A DNA stretch of 63,988 nucleotides, filler included, from Ionaspis alba (taxonomy: Eukaryota): the NCBI GenBank assembly GCA_964255285.1. It is 10 parts of 10 records of this genome, joined end to end, with 100 filler letters (N's around TTAATTAATTAA, not from the genome) between each part and the next. Parts side by side here need not be neighbours in the genome. Positions count along the whole stretch, not along the records: positions 19,321 to 25,648 come from CAXUUL010000929.1; positions 25,749 to 32,074 come from CAXUUL010000930.1; positions 32,175 to 38,495 come from CAXUUL010000931.1; 7 more parts are not named here. One strand, given 5' to 3'. This document shows positions 25,210 to 36,916 of the stretch, in pieces. Both the position numbers and the translations under genes were made by a program. The notes under the pieces were generated by a model. It was not told the origin of the DNA and searched no databases. It saw nothing but the letters and a program-made list of their open reading frames with translations. Every line of letters begins with the position of its first letter. The stretch's first letter is position 1.

Positions 25210-25770
25210 CCGTGAAGCCATCTGGATACTAGGCACAAATTAGCTAGAGGTGTGCTTGGTTTCGGAGCGGTTTCGGTATTTTTGGTTTGCCGATAAGGTT
25301 TTTGGCATTATACTCCTATACTCTACAACAAATACAATGCTCAACCTTCCTTCTATGACAGATTATTGTGGTAAGAGGGGGAGCCAACTCGGCAGAAAGA
25401 TCCTCGTAGGATACGACATGTATGGAAAATATGATCAGTCAAGTGATCTGGAAGGCCTCCACCAACACCCAGGACAATTCATTCGGAGAACCTTCGTAGC
25501 AAAACGGCAGACTCAACGTTTACCTGCCACAGTATTAATGATCTCTCAAATGGTGCGGAAGGCCTCCATCTATAGCCAGGACAAAGTCTCCCAAGGGCCT
25601 CGTAAATAGATGGCAACCCTTTATCCATGTCACACGTAGCATTGAAGGNNNNNNNNNNNNNNNNNNNNNNNNNNNNNNNNNNNNNNNNNNNNTTAATTAA
25701 TTAANNNNNNNNNNNNNNNNNNNNNNNNNNNNNNNNNNNNNNNNNNNNCGACTGACCGTCCCTTCCTCAG

Positions 25771-28700
25771 CTGGTCGAAATCAGGTAGACTCCTTGCCTC
25801 CGGCTCAGATGACCAGCACCTGAACATCCACTCCTACCAGCCCGACTCCTCATGTGCGCCCTTCGCTCTCACGACCACCGTCTCGACGGGCCATACCGCC
25901 AATATCTTTTCCGTGAAGTTTATGCCCCACTCGAATGACGGGACTCTAGTCACCTGTGCTGGCGATGCGGAAGTAAGGGTCTTCGACATTGAGTATTCTG
26001 GTCAATCTACGGTCCCATCAGCGGCTTCAAATCTCGCCTCGTCGGGGCAAACGAGGGGGCCGGGAAGCAGGAGGTTCAATAATGTTTACCAGGGGGTCAC
26101 ATATTTGGGTGATGGGGATACAAATGCCAGGGTCTACAGGTCACATGGAGATAGGGTCAAACGGATAGTGACGGAGTCCTCGCCGTATCTTTTCCTGTCC
26201 TGCTCAGAGGACGGGGAAGTACGACAATGGGATCTGAGGCTGCCTTCGTCGGCATATCCTGCTCCAAGAGGTGGAAGGGGCTTCTCGGCTCATCGCGAGA
26301 GACATGATACTTCGAATGTTCCGCCGCCGTTGATCTCGTATAAGCGGTATCATCTGGATCTCAATACCATTTCTTGCTCCGCGACTCAGCCACACTACAT
26401 TGCCCTGGGAGGGGCGCATCTTCACTGCTTTCTGCATGATCGCCGAATGCTTGGTCGTGATGCACTGGTCGAAAGGGGTGATCCTGGGAGTGGGTCTCCA
26501 GCAAGCCAACTCTCAGAACATGACGATGAAATGATGGGCCGGGCTACGCGCTGTGTGAGAAGATTTGCTCCCAAAGGACAGAAGAAGATGAGGCGGACAG
26601 ACAATGGCCACGTCACAGCTTGCAAAATTAGCGATGCCAACCCGAACGAGATGATTGCAAGCTGGTCTGGTGACAACATCTACAGCTTCGATCTAGTGCA
26701 CACTCCCGACGCAAGAGATGGTCATGGCACAAAGGAAGCAGGGACGACGAATGGCAGCGTGAGCGGAAAGGTCAAGGAATCAAGAGATCGGAAGCGAAAG
26801 AGGAGGCCAGCCAACTCTTCCGTATCAGCAGAGGGGAGAAGAAGAGGAGGATCCCAACCTCGACTTTCTCGAGATGCAGAAGAAGCCCATGGAGATCTTG
26901 CGCTGAGGATACGGTACGAAAATGGACAGAGCGAAGAGATCTCGCTGGACGATCCTGCGTCAGGGGTATCACGCGTGATGGTTGAAGAAGCACGAGAAAG
27001 TGTTTTGACGGAGTCTCAAAAGCGAAGTCTGCAAATCGCCAAGAGCGTGGTCAAGATGCGTAAACTCATGTTCTCTCTCGACGCCTCCACTCGTACGGCT
27101 GATGAGTTTACGAATGGTGATCTGGGTCGGCATACTCCTTCGTTTACGTCTGTTCTAGGCTTTGCTGCGACTATCCTTCCTGAAATGGATCAGATCATCC
27201 GGACTTGGAGATATCCGGTAGAGCCGTTCGAAGAAGAGGTTGCATTCCAGACTACGCTTCGATATAATCGTGATTCGTCACGGAGATTTGTGCAAGCTGC
27301 TGGCACGCTGTCGAGAGTGCTTGGTGGAAAGCTACGGACGGCTGGACGGGGTGAAAGTCCTGCTCTTTTATACTTTGATGAGGTCAAATCGACTCAAATT
27401 GAAGGGCCATGTCGAGACACTGGACAGATCTTCAGTTTTGACTTTCTCAAAGCTATTCTACTCTGGCTTGAAGATGGTCCTCAGGCTCTACTCCAGGGCT
27501 TCAAAAAAGCCTCTGGGCAGTCTGGACCCGCATCCAGGTTCCCCTTATCAGACGAAGCCCAGAAGTCCGATATTGATTTATGCCTTATCCCGTATCTACT
27601 TCGCCAAGCTGGTGCTCGGCCTATTCCGAATGTGGATGCTTCGAGGTTTGAGAAGGATGAATCTCGGAGGATATTCGACACCGAAACCGCGGCTGTGATT
27701 GCATTCAGTCATGCCATCAGAATTCCTATCGAAGACATGTCTAGAGCTATTATGCCTGCATCATCAAGTGCTGATGGTACTGGACCTCTAGCTACTGGCG
27801 TGCAAGACAGGAAGACTGCACTGAAGTTCTGGGGCTTTAAAGTTGGCAGAGGTTTATTGATGAACGCCGGGGAGGGTGTCAACTTCTCGTTTGTGGATCG
27901 AGCGTTCGGTGGGTTGGGAAGGACGAGAGGAGAGGACGAAGGTAGGCTACAGGAGGATATCGATCCTGAGGAAGGGGACGAGCCTATCCGTGCAGTGGGA
28001 CTTGTCAACGGTTCTCGAAACCAGAATCATGATGTGAGCATGGAAGACGCTGGAGATGGCCTGCCGAATGGCAATCATGAAGCTTCACACGATGGAACTC
28101 ATACTCCACGGACCTTAGAGACGGTATCCGTCGCAGAGCTGGATTCAGACGAGGAAATGATCCTTATGGATGACTTGCACAACGAGATAGCCGACCATAT
28201 GACCGGCCACGAACACGACGAGCAAGACTCTAATGCAGAAGACGACAACGATGAGGAAGAAGACGAAGAGGACGACGAGGACGATGACAACGATGAAGAT
28301 ATTACGGCTTCAGAGCGCCACTTCATTTTCCGATCTGCTTCTCAACGTGGCCGCTTACGGGAGTCAGTCGAAGCAGATGTGCCTTGCTATGCTGGGACAC
28401 GGCAGTATCGTGGGCATTGCAACGTCAAGACCGTCAAGGATGTCAACTTCTTTGGCTTGCAGGACGAGTATGTGGTCAGTGGATCCGACAGCGGACATGT
28501 TTTCATCTGGGATCGAAAAAGTTCAGAGCTAGTCAACATACTTGAAGGAGATGCTGATGTGGTGAATGTTGTCCAAGGTACGTTCCTTTCCATCCAACGC
28601 TTCATCGTCCCAACCCTCCACCCCCTCTCCTTTTCTTGCATCCAAGCGCTAACAACGGCTTCAAAGGACATCCATACGAACCAATGCTCGCCGTCTCCGG

Positions 28701-29495
28701 CATCGACCACACCATCAAAATCTTCTCCCCCGACCACCGCGCCCAACGCGACGCCCGCCTCGGCCGCAACCTTGGCATCTCCTCTACTGAAAGCAGTCAT
28801 TCCGTCCTCTCCGGCTGGCCACGATCCCGGCGTCGACAACCCACAGTCCCACCACCTAACTCTAATGTAGACGTTCAAACAGAACTTCGACATGCTCAGA
28901 AAGACGAGGATGATGACGACGACGAAGGGGACGATGATGTGCATGGTGCGGAGGAGGATAGGGCGGAACGGAGAATGCCCGGGCTGTCGTCGAGGAAGAG
29001 GATGCATGATAGTTATGCGATTACGAGCCAGAATGATGTGGAGAGTAGGGGTGGGATGAGGGATGCGTTTATTACGGTGAGTGGTGATACTTTCCCCTTG
29101 AGAGTGGTCGCTATGGGGTTTGAGGCATGGATAAGGCTTGTGCATGAGGCGGAAGAGGAGGAGAGGGGATAAAGTTTGTCGTCGGTGTTACGACCGGGTT
29201 GGCTCTGTTGTGGCGAGAATAGGATGGTCAGGCAAAGCAGAGGATGAGCTGGAGGCAAGGGGCCGTTTACTTTGCAACTGTGAATCGTAGAAAAGTCCAT
29301 GCTGATAGTTTTGTGTTCCCAGAGAGGCATGCTGGCACGACTGGCTGCGAGGTTGAGAGCACGACAGGGAAGAGAAGAGGGAGGGGATGGTGAAGGCGAG
29401 GTCGAAGGAGAGGTGCTGCTGGATGATGACTGCACGGTTGGTAGGCTCTTGTGGCAATAATGGAGTTATGCTAATCGCTTGACCAGATGATGTGA
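25771..29495 (+). CDS. WD40 DDB1/CUL4-associated factor of the DCAF6/DCAF8 (S. pombe iqw1-like) type; 5' end missing
   Basis: WSKSGRLLASGSDD, GHTANIFSVKFMP, HGDRVKRI, SEDGEVRQWDLR, YRGHCNVKTVKDVNF, SGSDSGHVFIWDR, VVNVVQG|HPYEPMLAVSGIDHTIKIF. Introns 28578-28666, 29077-29322 and 29437-29486; ends DDDCT|MM*. Confidence 0.9.
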
Positions 29496-29743
29496 ACGAC
29501 TGCAAATAGCGTGTTTTGTAGTCTGATGATAGTTATTCCTTTGATGTGTTTTTGTGGATATAATATTACGACAAGTTCAACATGTGATGCTCGATGTTTA
29601 TACTCGTAATGCATTGTGGGGCGCTAATTGGACGACGCGAATGGTGCATGTGGTTACATTTGGTGACAGGTCACAGTTTTGTTCGTGATTGTTACTACCA
29701 ATGTCAATCTTTGCTTCTTGCTTTCGCAATGTGCGCAGTCAGC

Positions 29744-29791
29744 TGACTAATGTACGTCATCTTGAATTCCTGCATCTGCCACTACTATAAA
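29744..29791 (+). promoter_or_regulatory. Candidate stress-responsive core promoter: TGACTAA (Yap1/AP-1-like), TACGTCA (CRE-like), TATAAA
   Basis: TGACTAA 29744-29750, TACGTCA 29753-29759 and TATAAA 29786-29791 cluster about 270-320 nt upstream of the oxidoreductase ATG. Confidence 0.4.
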
Positions 29792-30062
29792 GTTCTCGGA
29801 CCCCCTAATCGTCGGACATCGGAGTTAGCAGCCATTGTGGAGCTCTTTAAGTCCGAACTGTCGCGAGAAGTGGAAATATAACATTGCTAGGTGGAGCTTC
29901 TTCCCAACCATTGCGGAAGGAAATCTTTGGTCTTTCAAGATATTGAATACTTGTCCCACCGGTTGAGTAGCTGCACAACTAAACCACACCTTCTCCTCAT
30001 ATCACAAGCAAATCAACTTTTATGGTCTTTCGGCGGCTCTGAACTCATCGATCTCATACAAA

Positions 30063-31082
30063 ATGCCGTCCAACACGGCCGCCTGGCTTGTCGCAGAAAA
30101 GACAAAGCCGTTCGAGGTCAAACCGGCTCCCTACACCTCCCCTCGCGAGCACGAGATAGTCGTCAAGAACGCCGCAGTGGCCATAAATCCCGTTGACTGG
30201 CAATTTCAAGAGCGGGCGCTCTGGCCAGCGAACTACCCAACTATCATCGGCGAAGATGTAGCTGGCGTGGTGGTCGAGGTCGGTAGTTCAGTCAGCCGAT
30301 TTCGTGTTGGCGATCGTGTGCTTGGTTTTGGTCTGGGCCAAATCACAAAACGTGATTGCGAGGGCGCATTTCAGGAACACACCGTTCTGTGGGACAATAT
30401 GTCATCACCCTTTCCGGACACTATCTCTTTCGAGGCTGCAGCCGTCATTCCCTGCGGATTGGCCACTGCAGCCAATGGCTTGTATCAGAAAGATTACTTG
30501 GGGCTTCGGTACCCGACCACAAATCCAAATGCGACTGGACAGGTCCTGATTGTTTGGGGTGGAGCTTCGAGTGTCGGCAGCAATGGTATCCAACTGGCTG
30601 TTTCCTCTGGCTACGAGGTCATTACCACTGCCTCGCCCAAGAATTTTGACTATGTCAAGAAGATCGGTGCTAGCAGGGTCTTTGACTATAACAGCAAGAC
30701 CCTTGTCGACGAGCTAGTTAATGCATTGAAGGGCAAAACCATTGCGGGCGTGCTCGACTGCATAACTATTGATGGAGTAGTTGAGGTCTGCGCGGAGGTC
30801 TTACGACGATCTGAAGGCGGCAAATTCATTGCCACGGCTCAACCAGCCTCGGAAGACATGACTGGTGGTGTCAAGACCAAGTTCATGTACTGCAGTGATA
30901 TCAAGGATAACGAGGTTGGAGAGGCTGTCTATGAGCATTATTTACCGAAAGCACTAGTTGAGGGCAAATTTGTCCCTGCTCCTGATCCTGTTGTTGTAGG
31001 CCATGGGCTGGATGCTATACAAGTCGGTTTGGAGGCTCAGAAGAAGGGAGTGTCTGCTCAGAAAGTGGTCGTTACCCTATAG
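30063..31082 (+). CDS. Medium-chain dehydrogenase/reductase, enoyl-reductase-like (CipB/LovC-type GroES-fold oxidoreductase), intronless
   Basis: AVAINPVDW, IIGEDVAGVVVEVGSSVSRFRVGDRV, NADPH-binding VWGGASSVG, ASPKNFDYVKKIGA..FDY, C-terminal GVSAQKVVV. Confidence 0.92.
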   Translation: MPSNTAAWLVAEKTKPFEVKPAPYTSPREHEIVVKNAAVAINPVDWQFQERALWPANYPTIIGEDVAGVVVEVGSSVSRFRVGDRVLGFGLGQITKRDCEGAFQEHTVLWDNMSSPFPDTISFEAAAVIPCGLATAANGLYQKDYLGLRYPTTNPNATGQVLIVWGGASSVGSNGIQLAVSSGYEVITTASPKNFDYVKKIGASRVFDYNSKTLVDELVNALKGKTIAGVLDCITIDGVVEVCAEVLRRSEGGKFIATAQPASEDMTGGVKTKFMYCSDIKDNEVGEAVYEHYLPKALVEGKFVPAPDPVVVGHGLDAIQVGLEAQKKGVSAQKVVVTL

Positions 31083-31828
31083 TTATGATACCTACGATCT
31101 GAGGGGAAACTGGCTATGGGCGACCTCAAGATTGAACCTGACCAAGTGGTCGATCATATACCTTGCCCTAGTAGCGACAATCGAGTCGAGTGCGGAGAAT
31201 CTACAACGTCCTTCAACCACCCCTTGCAACAATCCTCATAATCTGTGGATCATTTGAACAGAAGCCAAAGCCGCCATGACCTTGTGATGCTATGCCTGGA
31301 TTGCTTCAACCACTGCTCGGTCTAAAAACCTGGTGAATGGCTAGACTCGCGTAAGTAGTATCCGGATATCCCCCTAAAGCTACCTAAAACCTGCCACCTA
31401 ATTTGAGAACAGATGGGTGACGTTAGGGGACTTAGTGGGTTCTGTCCGGATACTTACTTGGTCATGTCCGGGTACTATGTACGACCCTCCAGTGTCATGC
31501 CCCAATGCTCCGCCATGTCAACGTTGAAGGCTTCCCACACTTCCCTCTATCGGTTTGGAATGGAGCAGATGGGTCTACCCTCGTTTGCACCGGGTTCTGA
31601 GCTACTATGCGGCGAAGCAGTGGTCTGTGGCTGTGTCTTGTGTAACCACACATCCCAGGCTCACAAGGCTGACAGATTTCGCACCTATATAGTCAATGAA
31701 TCGAGGTCTGTTATTCCTAGGGATACAGTTCCTTTATTGTTGTTTGTGGAACACATTGGTCAAGAAGAGGAAGGAATTCGTCTCATCTTTGAAATCAGGC
31801 CTCCAATTCTCGCGACGTCGTTAGGACC

Positions 31829-32074
31829 ATGGCTCCCGGAATCCAATTTGTGCTGGCTACCGAACTCACAAGCATTGTGAGCCTATTGGCCTCAGCTCTT
31901 TCCAAGCTGGCGTCATTGGCCATCATTGATGCCATCAAGAGATCTGGATCCGACATCATTACGGAGACGAAGTTAGCCGCCTTGTTAGGCCGACACCGCA
32001 TTGATCCTGGGATCGAGATCCATTTCAAGCAAATGGTGGCGAAATCAGACAAGACCTTCCTATCGAGATACGTC
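31829..32074 (+). CDS. 5' fragment of a hypothetical protein, truncated by scaffold end
   Basis: accATGg start; MAPGIQFVLATELTSIV..KRSGSDIITETKLAALLGRHRIDP is open to the gap with protein-like composition. Confidence 0.55.
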
Positions 32075-32174
32075 NNNNNNNNNNNNNNNNNNNNNNNNNN
32101 NNNNNNNNNNNNNNNNNNTTAATTAATTAANNNNNNNNNNNNNNNNNNNNNNNNNNNNNNNNNNNNNNNNNNNN

Positions 32175-35100
32175 CCTGCTCCTCCCATCCCAACCCTCGG
32201 CTCCAACAAAAGACTCCTGCGATACGCATTCTGGGTATCGCCTCCCTCAGCCGATCTGACTCTGACCAACTGATCCTGCATCCAAGTCTGCAATTCAGGC
32301 ACCTCGTGAAGCCTATACGGGATCTGGAAACGCTGCAACTCAGAGATGATCTTGGCAGTCTTCATATGCTTATCGAAATTGATCACACTGATACCCTCGG
32401 CGGCGTCCGGGCTGGGAAGCTGGCGCGTGGTGGTGTTGCCCACGTCGACGAAGGTGAGGTCCGTGAGGTAGATGCCCACGAAGGGGAGGCAAGGGGGGAC
32501 GAGACCTTGGAGACGGGAGCGCAGGGCTTTGTAGTTTTTCGAGACTTCGACGATGGCGGCGAGGGCGGCGAGGGCGGTTTTGGTCTTGGAGGGGACGGCG
32601 TCCCAGGTGCGTTTTAGGCGGTGGATGTTTGTTGAGTTGAGGGAGCAGATGATTGCCATCAGGGAGTCGTAGTTGTGGAGATCGAGACACTTGTTCGCGA
32701 TCTTGACCCACTGTTTGATGAGCTTGGCGCGCTTGGACGGGTCTTCGAGTTGGAGGATGCTGTCTGCGACTAGGTTTGCGAGGTCGGTGGAGAGGGTCGA
32801 CATGGCGCGGACGTTGACGGCTAGGGAGCCGGATTTTTTGGTCCATTCGGTTGCGAGGAGTTCTTCGGGGAGGATGGAGCAGAAGATGCGGGATTCTTTG
32901 ATGGTGAATTGCCGGGCTAGTTCCAGCGGGTCGAAGTCCAGGATGCTGAGGCCGGTGCCGTTGTTTTTCCAGTTCTTGAGGGCGGTGAGCTGGCTTTTGG
33001 TGATTATGGGTGCGGGCATGGGAGTGTCGGGCGCGATGTAGTTGGCCACGGATGTGTTTGTTTTGCCCATGGAGGAGACCAACCTGGGAACCAAGGGTGC
33101 TGTGACGCTGGACACTTTCGAAGCCAACTCGACCATGAATCTTCCGGCACTTGGAATTGCGATTGACAGTTGCGTCTTCGCGAACGGTACTATCACGTCC
33201 AAAGCTGGTTTATCGCAGTCCATTCGCCAATGCGACTCTAGCCAGCCTTTGAAGACATTGAATACTCGGAGTCGAACCACGCCTGCGACAGCATCAGGGC
33301 TATCATTGGCATACTCGAATCGATCAATGAGACTTTGGGCGAAGCCTTGAGGAGTAGTGAAGAGGCGGAATGTGAGATAGAACGTAGAAACAAAGAGCGC
33401 ATCGGGTGTCGAATCGTGCGTAGTGAGGCGTTCAATCAGCGCAGGTAAGGTACCTCCCGTGATCTGGCCTTCCTTATTGAAGAGGAGTTCATGAGCAAAA
33501 GTCTTGGTAAGTAGCTTTGTTTCAAGCTCCTCGACATCCTCTTCGGCTGGAGACTGACTGCCACAGTACGCATAGTCCATAGGTCCACCAGACTGTTGTG
33601 TCGACGCGAAATCAGGTGACTCAGCGCGTGTAGAACCCGTGGAGAACATACTTCTCTCGGAGTCTCGCGTGCTGCCAATGTAGGTGCTGCCACTCACGTT
33701 GCTCGAGACACCAATGCTTTCCGTTCTGAAGTTGCTGCTGCTGGATGGCAGGCTGGACATGCTATCTGTGGATGTTTGTGACGACGGGCTGAAGTCTCCA
33801 GGTTGTAGAAGAGGACTCGCTAATGGTGGAAGAGGTGGTAAAAGTGATTTTGTGGAGATTCGGAAGGGGGTGACAGAAGGGTTCTCTTCTGCGTCGTTAA
33901 AGTTATCTGGGGGTTGAGACATAGCTGTCTGGATCGGTTGCAGAACCTGTGTAGAGGGAGATGGTGGTGGAGGCGGAGGAGGTTCATGAGTTGGCTGAGG
34001 CGGAATTGAAGTAGATCGATCGTTCTCGGTTTGAACTGCTTCCTCATCGCTGTCCGGTGTTGGTGTCGGCGTCGTCGACTCGGATCCATAATCTCCAAAG
34101 GCGGAAATCCCCAACCCAATCGGTTCAAATTCAAAGTCCCCAATTGTCTCCAGCACAAAGCGCGTCTTGGCGATACACTCTCCTGCTCCTCTAATGCATG
34201 ATGTTGCAGCGTCAACGAGCCTCTTTCCATCGTCAGCGGTCAACAACTCTCTATTCGAGGAATTGGCAGGCTGGAAAATATCGCGCGCGGCTTCGACCAG
34301 CTCCGTGATCTTGCTATACATATTGTCGCGTGCTTGCTCTAAAGGCGTAGATCTTCGAAGATCGCGATCCCATACTGCGTCAACAATTATGAGAAAGGCT
34401 CGACATGCATTGACCGCCTGCTGTGTTGTGATGAGGACGTCCGTCGAGGTGCGGGAGGGGAGATGCAGCCCAATGAAGCTACCTAGAAAGCCAAGAAAAG
34501 CATCGTGCGTCGCATTCAATTTCTCGGAAGCAAGACTCGCAGATCGCAGTGTTGGCGATTGGGCAGAGCAAGATACGCGATGGGAAATGGATTGTCGCTT
34601 GACATGCACGGACTGTGGCCTCGATTTGTGGGGAGCTGTTTGCGAAGGTCGGGGTTGATTGTAAGATTTGGATCCGCGATGGTATCCTGGTCGACAGACG
34701 GTTTGTTCCCGGCTGTTCCGCGTACAATTGTCGCCTCGATTTGCCGACGAGATCCGACGTGTCGCAATTTCGATCGTGCGTTCTGAATGTATCCCTGCAT
34801 TAAATGATACCTCATCAGCGGGTGGAGTCGGCGGTACGGTACTGCTGCTTCCATCATGGCTACCGTCGAAGGTAGAGGTCGTATCTTGGTTGTCTTCTTC
34901 AAAACCAATGTCTTCTTGCCAGATGTCCAAGAACTTGACAGCCCGGAGTGCCATTGCAAAGGCTTTCATAACCATATTGTCTAATTCCTCGTCGGAAGGC
35001 TCGGTCGCTTCGCGATCATGGCTCATCCGCTCCTGGACTGCTTTCGCAATCTTAACCATGACGGAGAGGTCAGCTAGAAGCGCCTTGCGATTTCGCCGAA

Positions 35101-35775
35101 GACCAGGATGAGATTGAATTAAAGGAGCCTCGCGTGTGAGACAATGTGTAGTTTCCTGCACCATCATCAGTGCCTGTCTCCCTGCATGCAGGTGTCCCAC
35201 GTGTGATCGAGGTTCGTCGTGGCAAAACTTACAAGCAAGTATCGGACTCCAGCAACCAATCCTCTCATGTAGTGTTGACCTCTGAAGGCTTCATGATTCC
35301 CATCGCTGCTTCCCCTGACAAGATCCCAGAAAGTGGTCAGAGCTCTCATGAGGTTACGGATTGGTTCCTCATCATAGGCCATGCAGTAGTTTGTTGGTAG
35401 CCATCCTCGTGCTCCAGATATGAGCAAAGTCCCATCAGCCCAGCCATTGGTGTGAACTGAATGAACGAGGACGATGTCACCAACATTCAATGGTAGAGTG
35501 ATTGTCGACGATGTCTCGTCAGCTGTGGGGTGGAAAGGGTAGAAGGCGCGGAGGTAGTGGTGAAACTGCGACCGAGCTGAGGTTTCTGACGCGACGAGAG
35601 TATCCTCTGAACCAGATGGCGTGAGTGGAGGTGTCATTCGCGAGTCGTGATATGTTTGGGATGTTGATTGCGCATCAGCAACTGGGAAACTCGAGATTGT
35701 GGTGGCCTGATGGGATCGATCTTTCGAGATTTTGAGTGGCGCGACCTGAACACTTGCTCGTGTGGAATAATCCAT
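32175..35775 (-). CDS. Ras guanine-nucleotide exchange factor (SH3, REM/RasGEF_N and CDC25-homology domains); extreme 3' end cut
   Basis: Exon 1 SH3 (YLRAFYPFHP..LNVGDIVLVHSVHTNGWADG..RGWLPTNY), intron 35232-35156, REM (ITGGTLPALIERLT..FYLTFRLF..RLRVFNVFKGW), catalytic domain (DPLELARQFT..NYDSLMAII..PCLPFVGIYLTDLTFV..INFDK). Confidence 0.93.
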
Positions 35776-36816
35776 GACTTCAGCTACTGTATCTGAGCAT
35801 CCGGATCGTACGGTATAAGCTTAGGCCTTAGCCAGACGTGTTGGTTGTTTTTTCGAAGGTAAGGCAGGCTTTCTGGTTCCTTCGAGGACTTTTGCCCTCA
35901 GAAGAATGTGAGCCTAGGTATCCTTGACCTATGTTATCTCAGACGCAGCTTCCTAGATTGATTGCGAGTTCGGGTCTGTAATTCGAGATTGATACCGGTC
36001 TGTCCAAAGCAGAGTGTATGTCGTGAGAACCTTCTAGGTCGTGCTCTCCTAGAGCTAGCAATTAGCGACGTTCGCAAGGGAGTTGCGTGTTGTTGTTTGC
36101 GGAGAAGGAGCGAGGAATGCAAGCTTCCACTTAGGGTTTGGGAGAGAGGAGGTTTAGATCTGGGGTTGTAGCTGCATACATACCTACTCACTCGGTACCA
36201 ACTGAGATTATGTTTTCATTCCAATGTTGGCTCCCAGTAGCAGTACACTGTCAAGGTAAATAGACAAAGAGTCGAGCGGGCCTCGAAGGAGGTCGTTCGT
36301 TGGCTTATGACGTCCCGCGATCAAGGGAGTTTGGGGTGGTCCGAAACACAAGACTGTCTCGGGTTGCTGATGGGACGAACCAACAGCAAGGCGATATATC
36401 GACGTCCTCGTCAGCTTCCGGAAGAAAACGTCCGGCGCGGGTGAAGCAATTGCGTAGAGGGCCACGCAAGGTGTGCTTTTTGTGAGGGCAAGCAGAGGCA
36501 CTGATCAACAGGCAAAGCAAGGACCACGTTCCTGGGTCCCAACGTGGAGGGAAAAGAGTGAGTGAGGTAAGGGAGTGTGTTAGGGTAACCCAAGCATAAT
36601 CAATCAACGCAAACCAGGTCGCAAGTGTTCACGCCAGCAACGTACAAGTACACAATGCTTGATCTACTGTCAGATTGAATGAATGTTGTATGAAGCTTGG
36701 GGAGGAGGTGGTGTCTAGTGAGTAGGAGATGGAGTTCGGGGACCAACAGCGATGAAGGGTCCTCGGGAACATGTGTGGACATGGACATGGGGAGCAATCC
36801 ATGCCCAGCTTCTACA

Positions 36817-36916
36817 NNNNNNNNNNNNNNNNNNNNNNNNNNNNNNNNNNNNNNNNNNNNNNNNNNNNNNNNNNNNNNNNNNNNNNNNNNNNNNNNNNNN
36901 NNNNNNNNNNNNNNNN
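36817..36916. other. Intra-scaffold assembly gap (100 N, no linker); a second one at 42565-42664
   Basis: Plain 100-N runs without the TTAATTAATTAA linker. Confidence 0.9.

Noticed and set aside
30063..31082. Enoyl reductase as a marker of a secondary-metabolite cluster
   Set aside because: No backbone enzyme, transporter or cluster regulator on the same scaffold.
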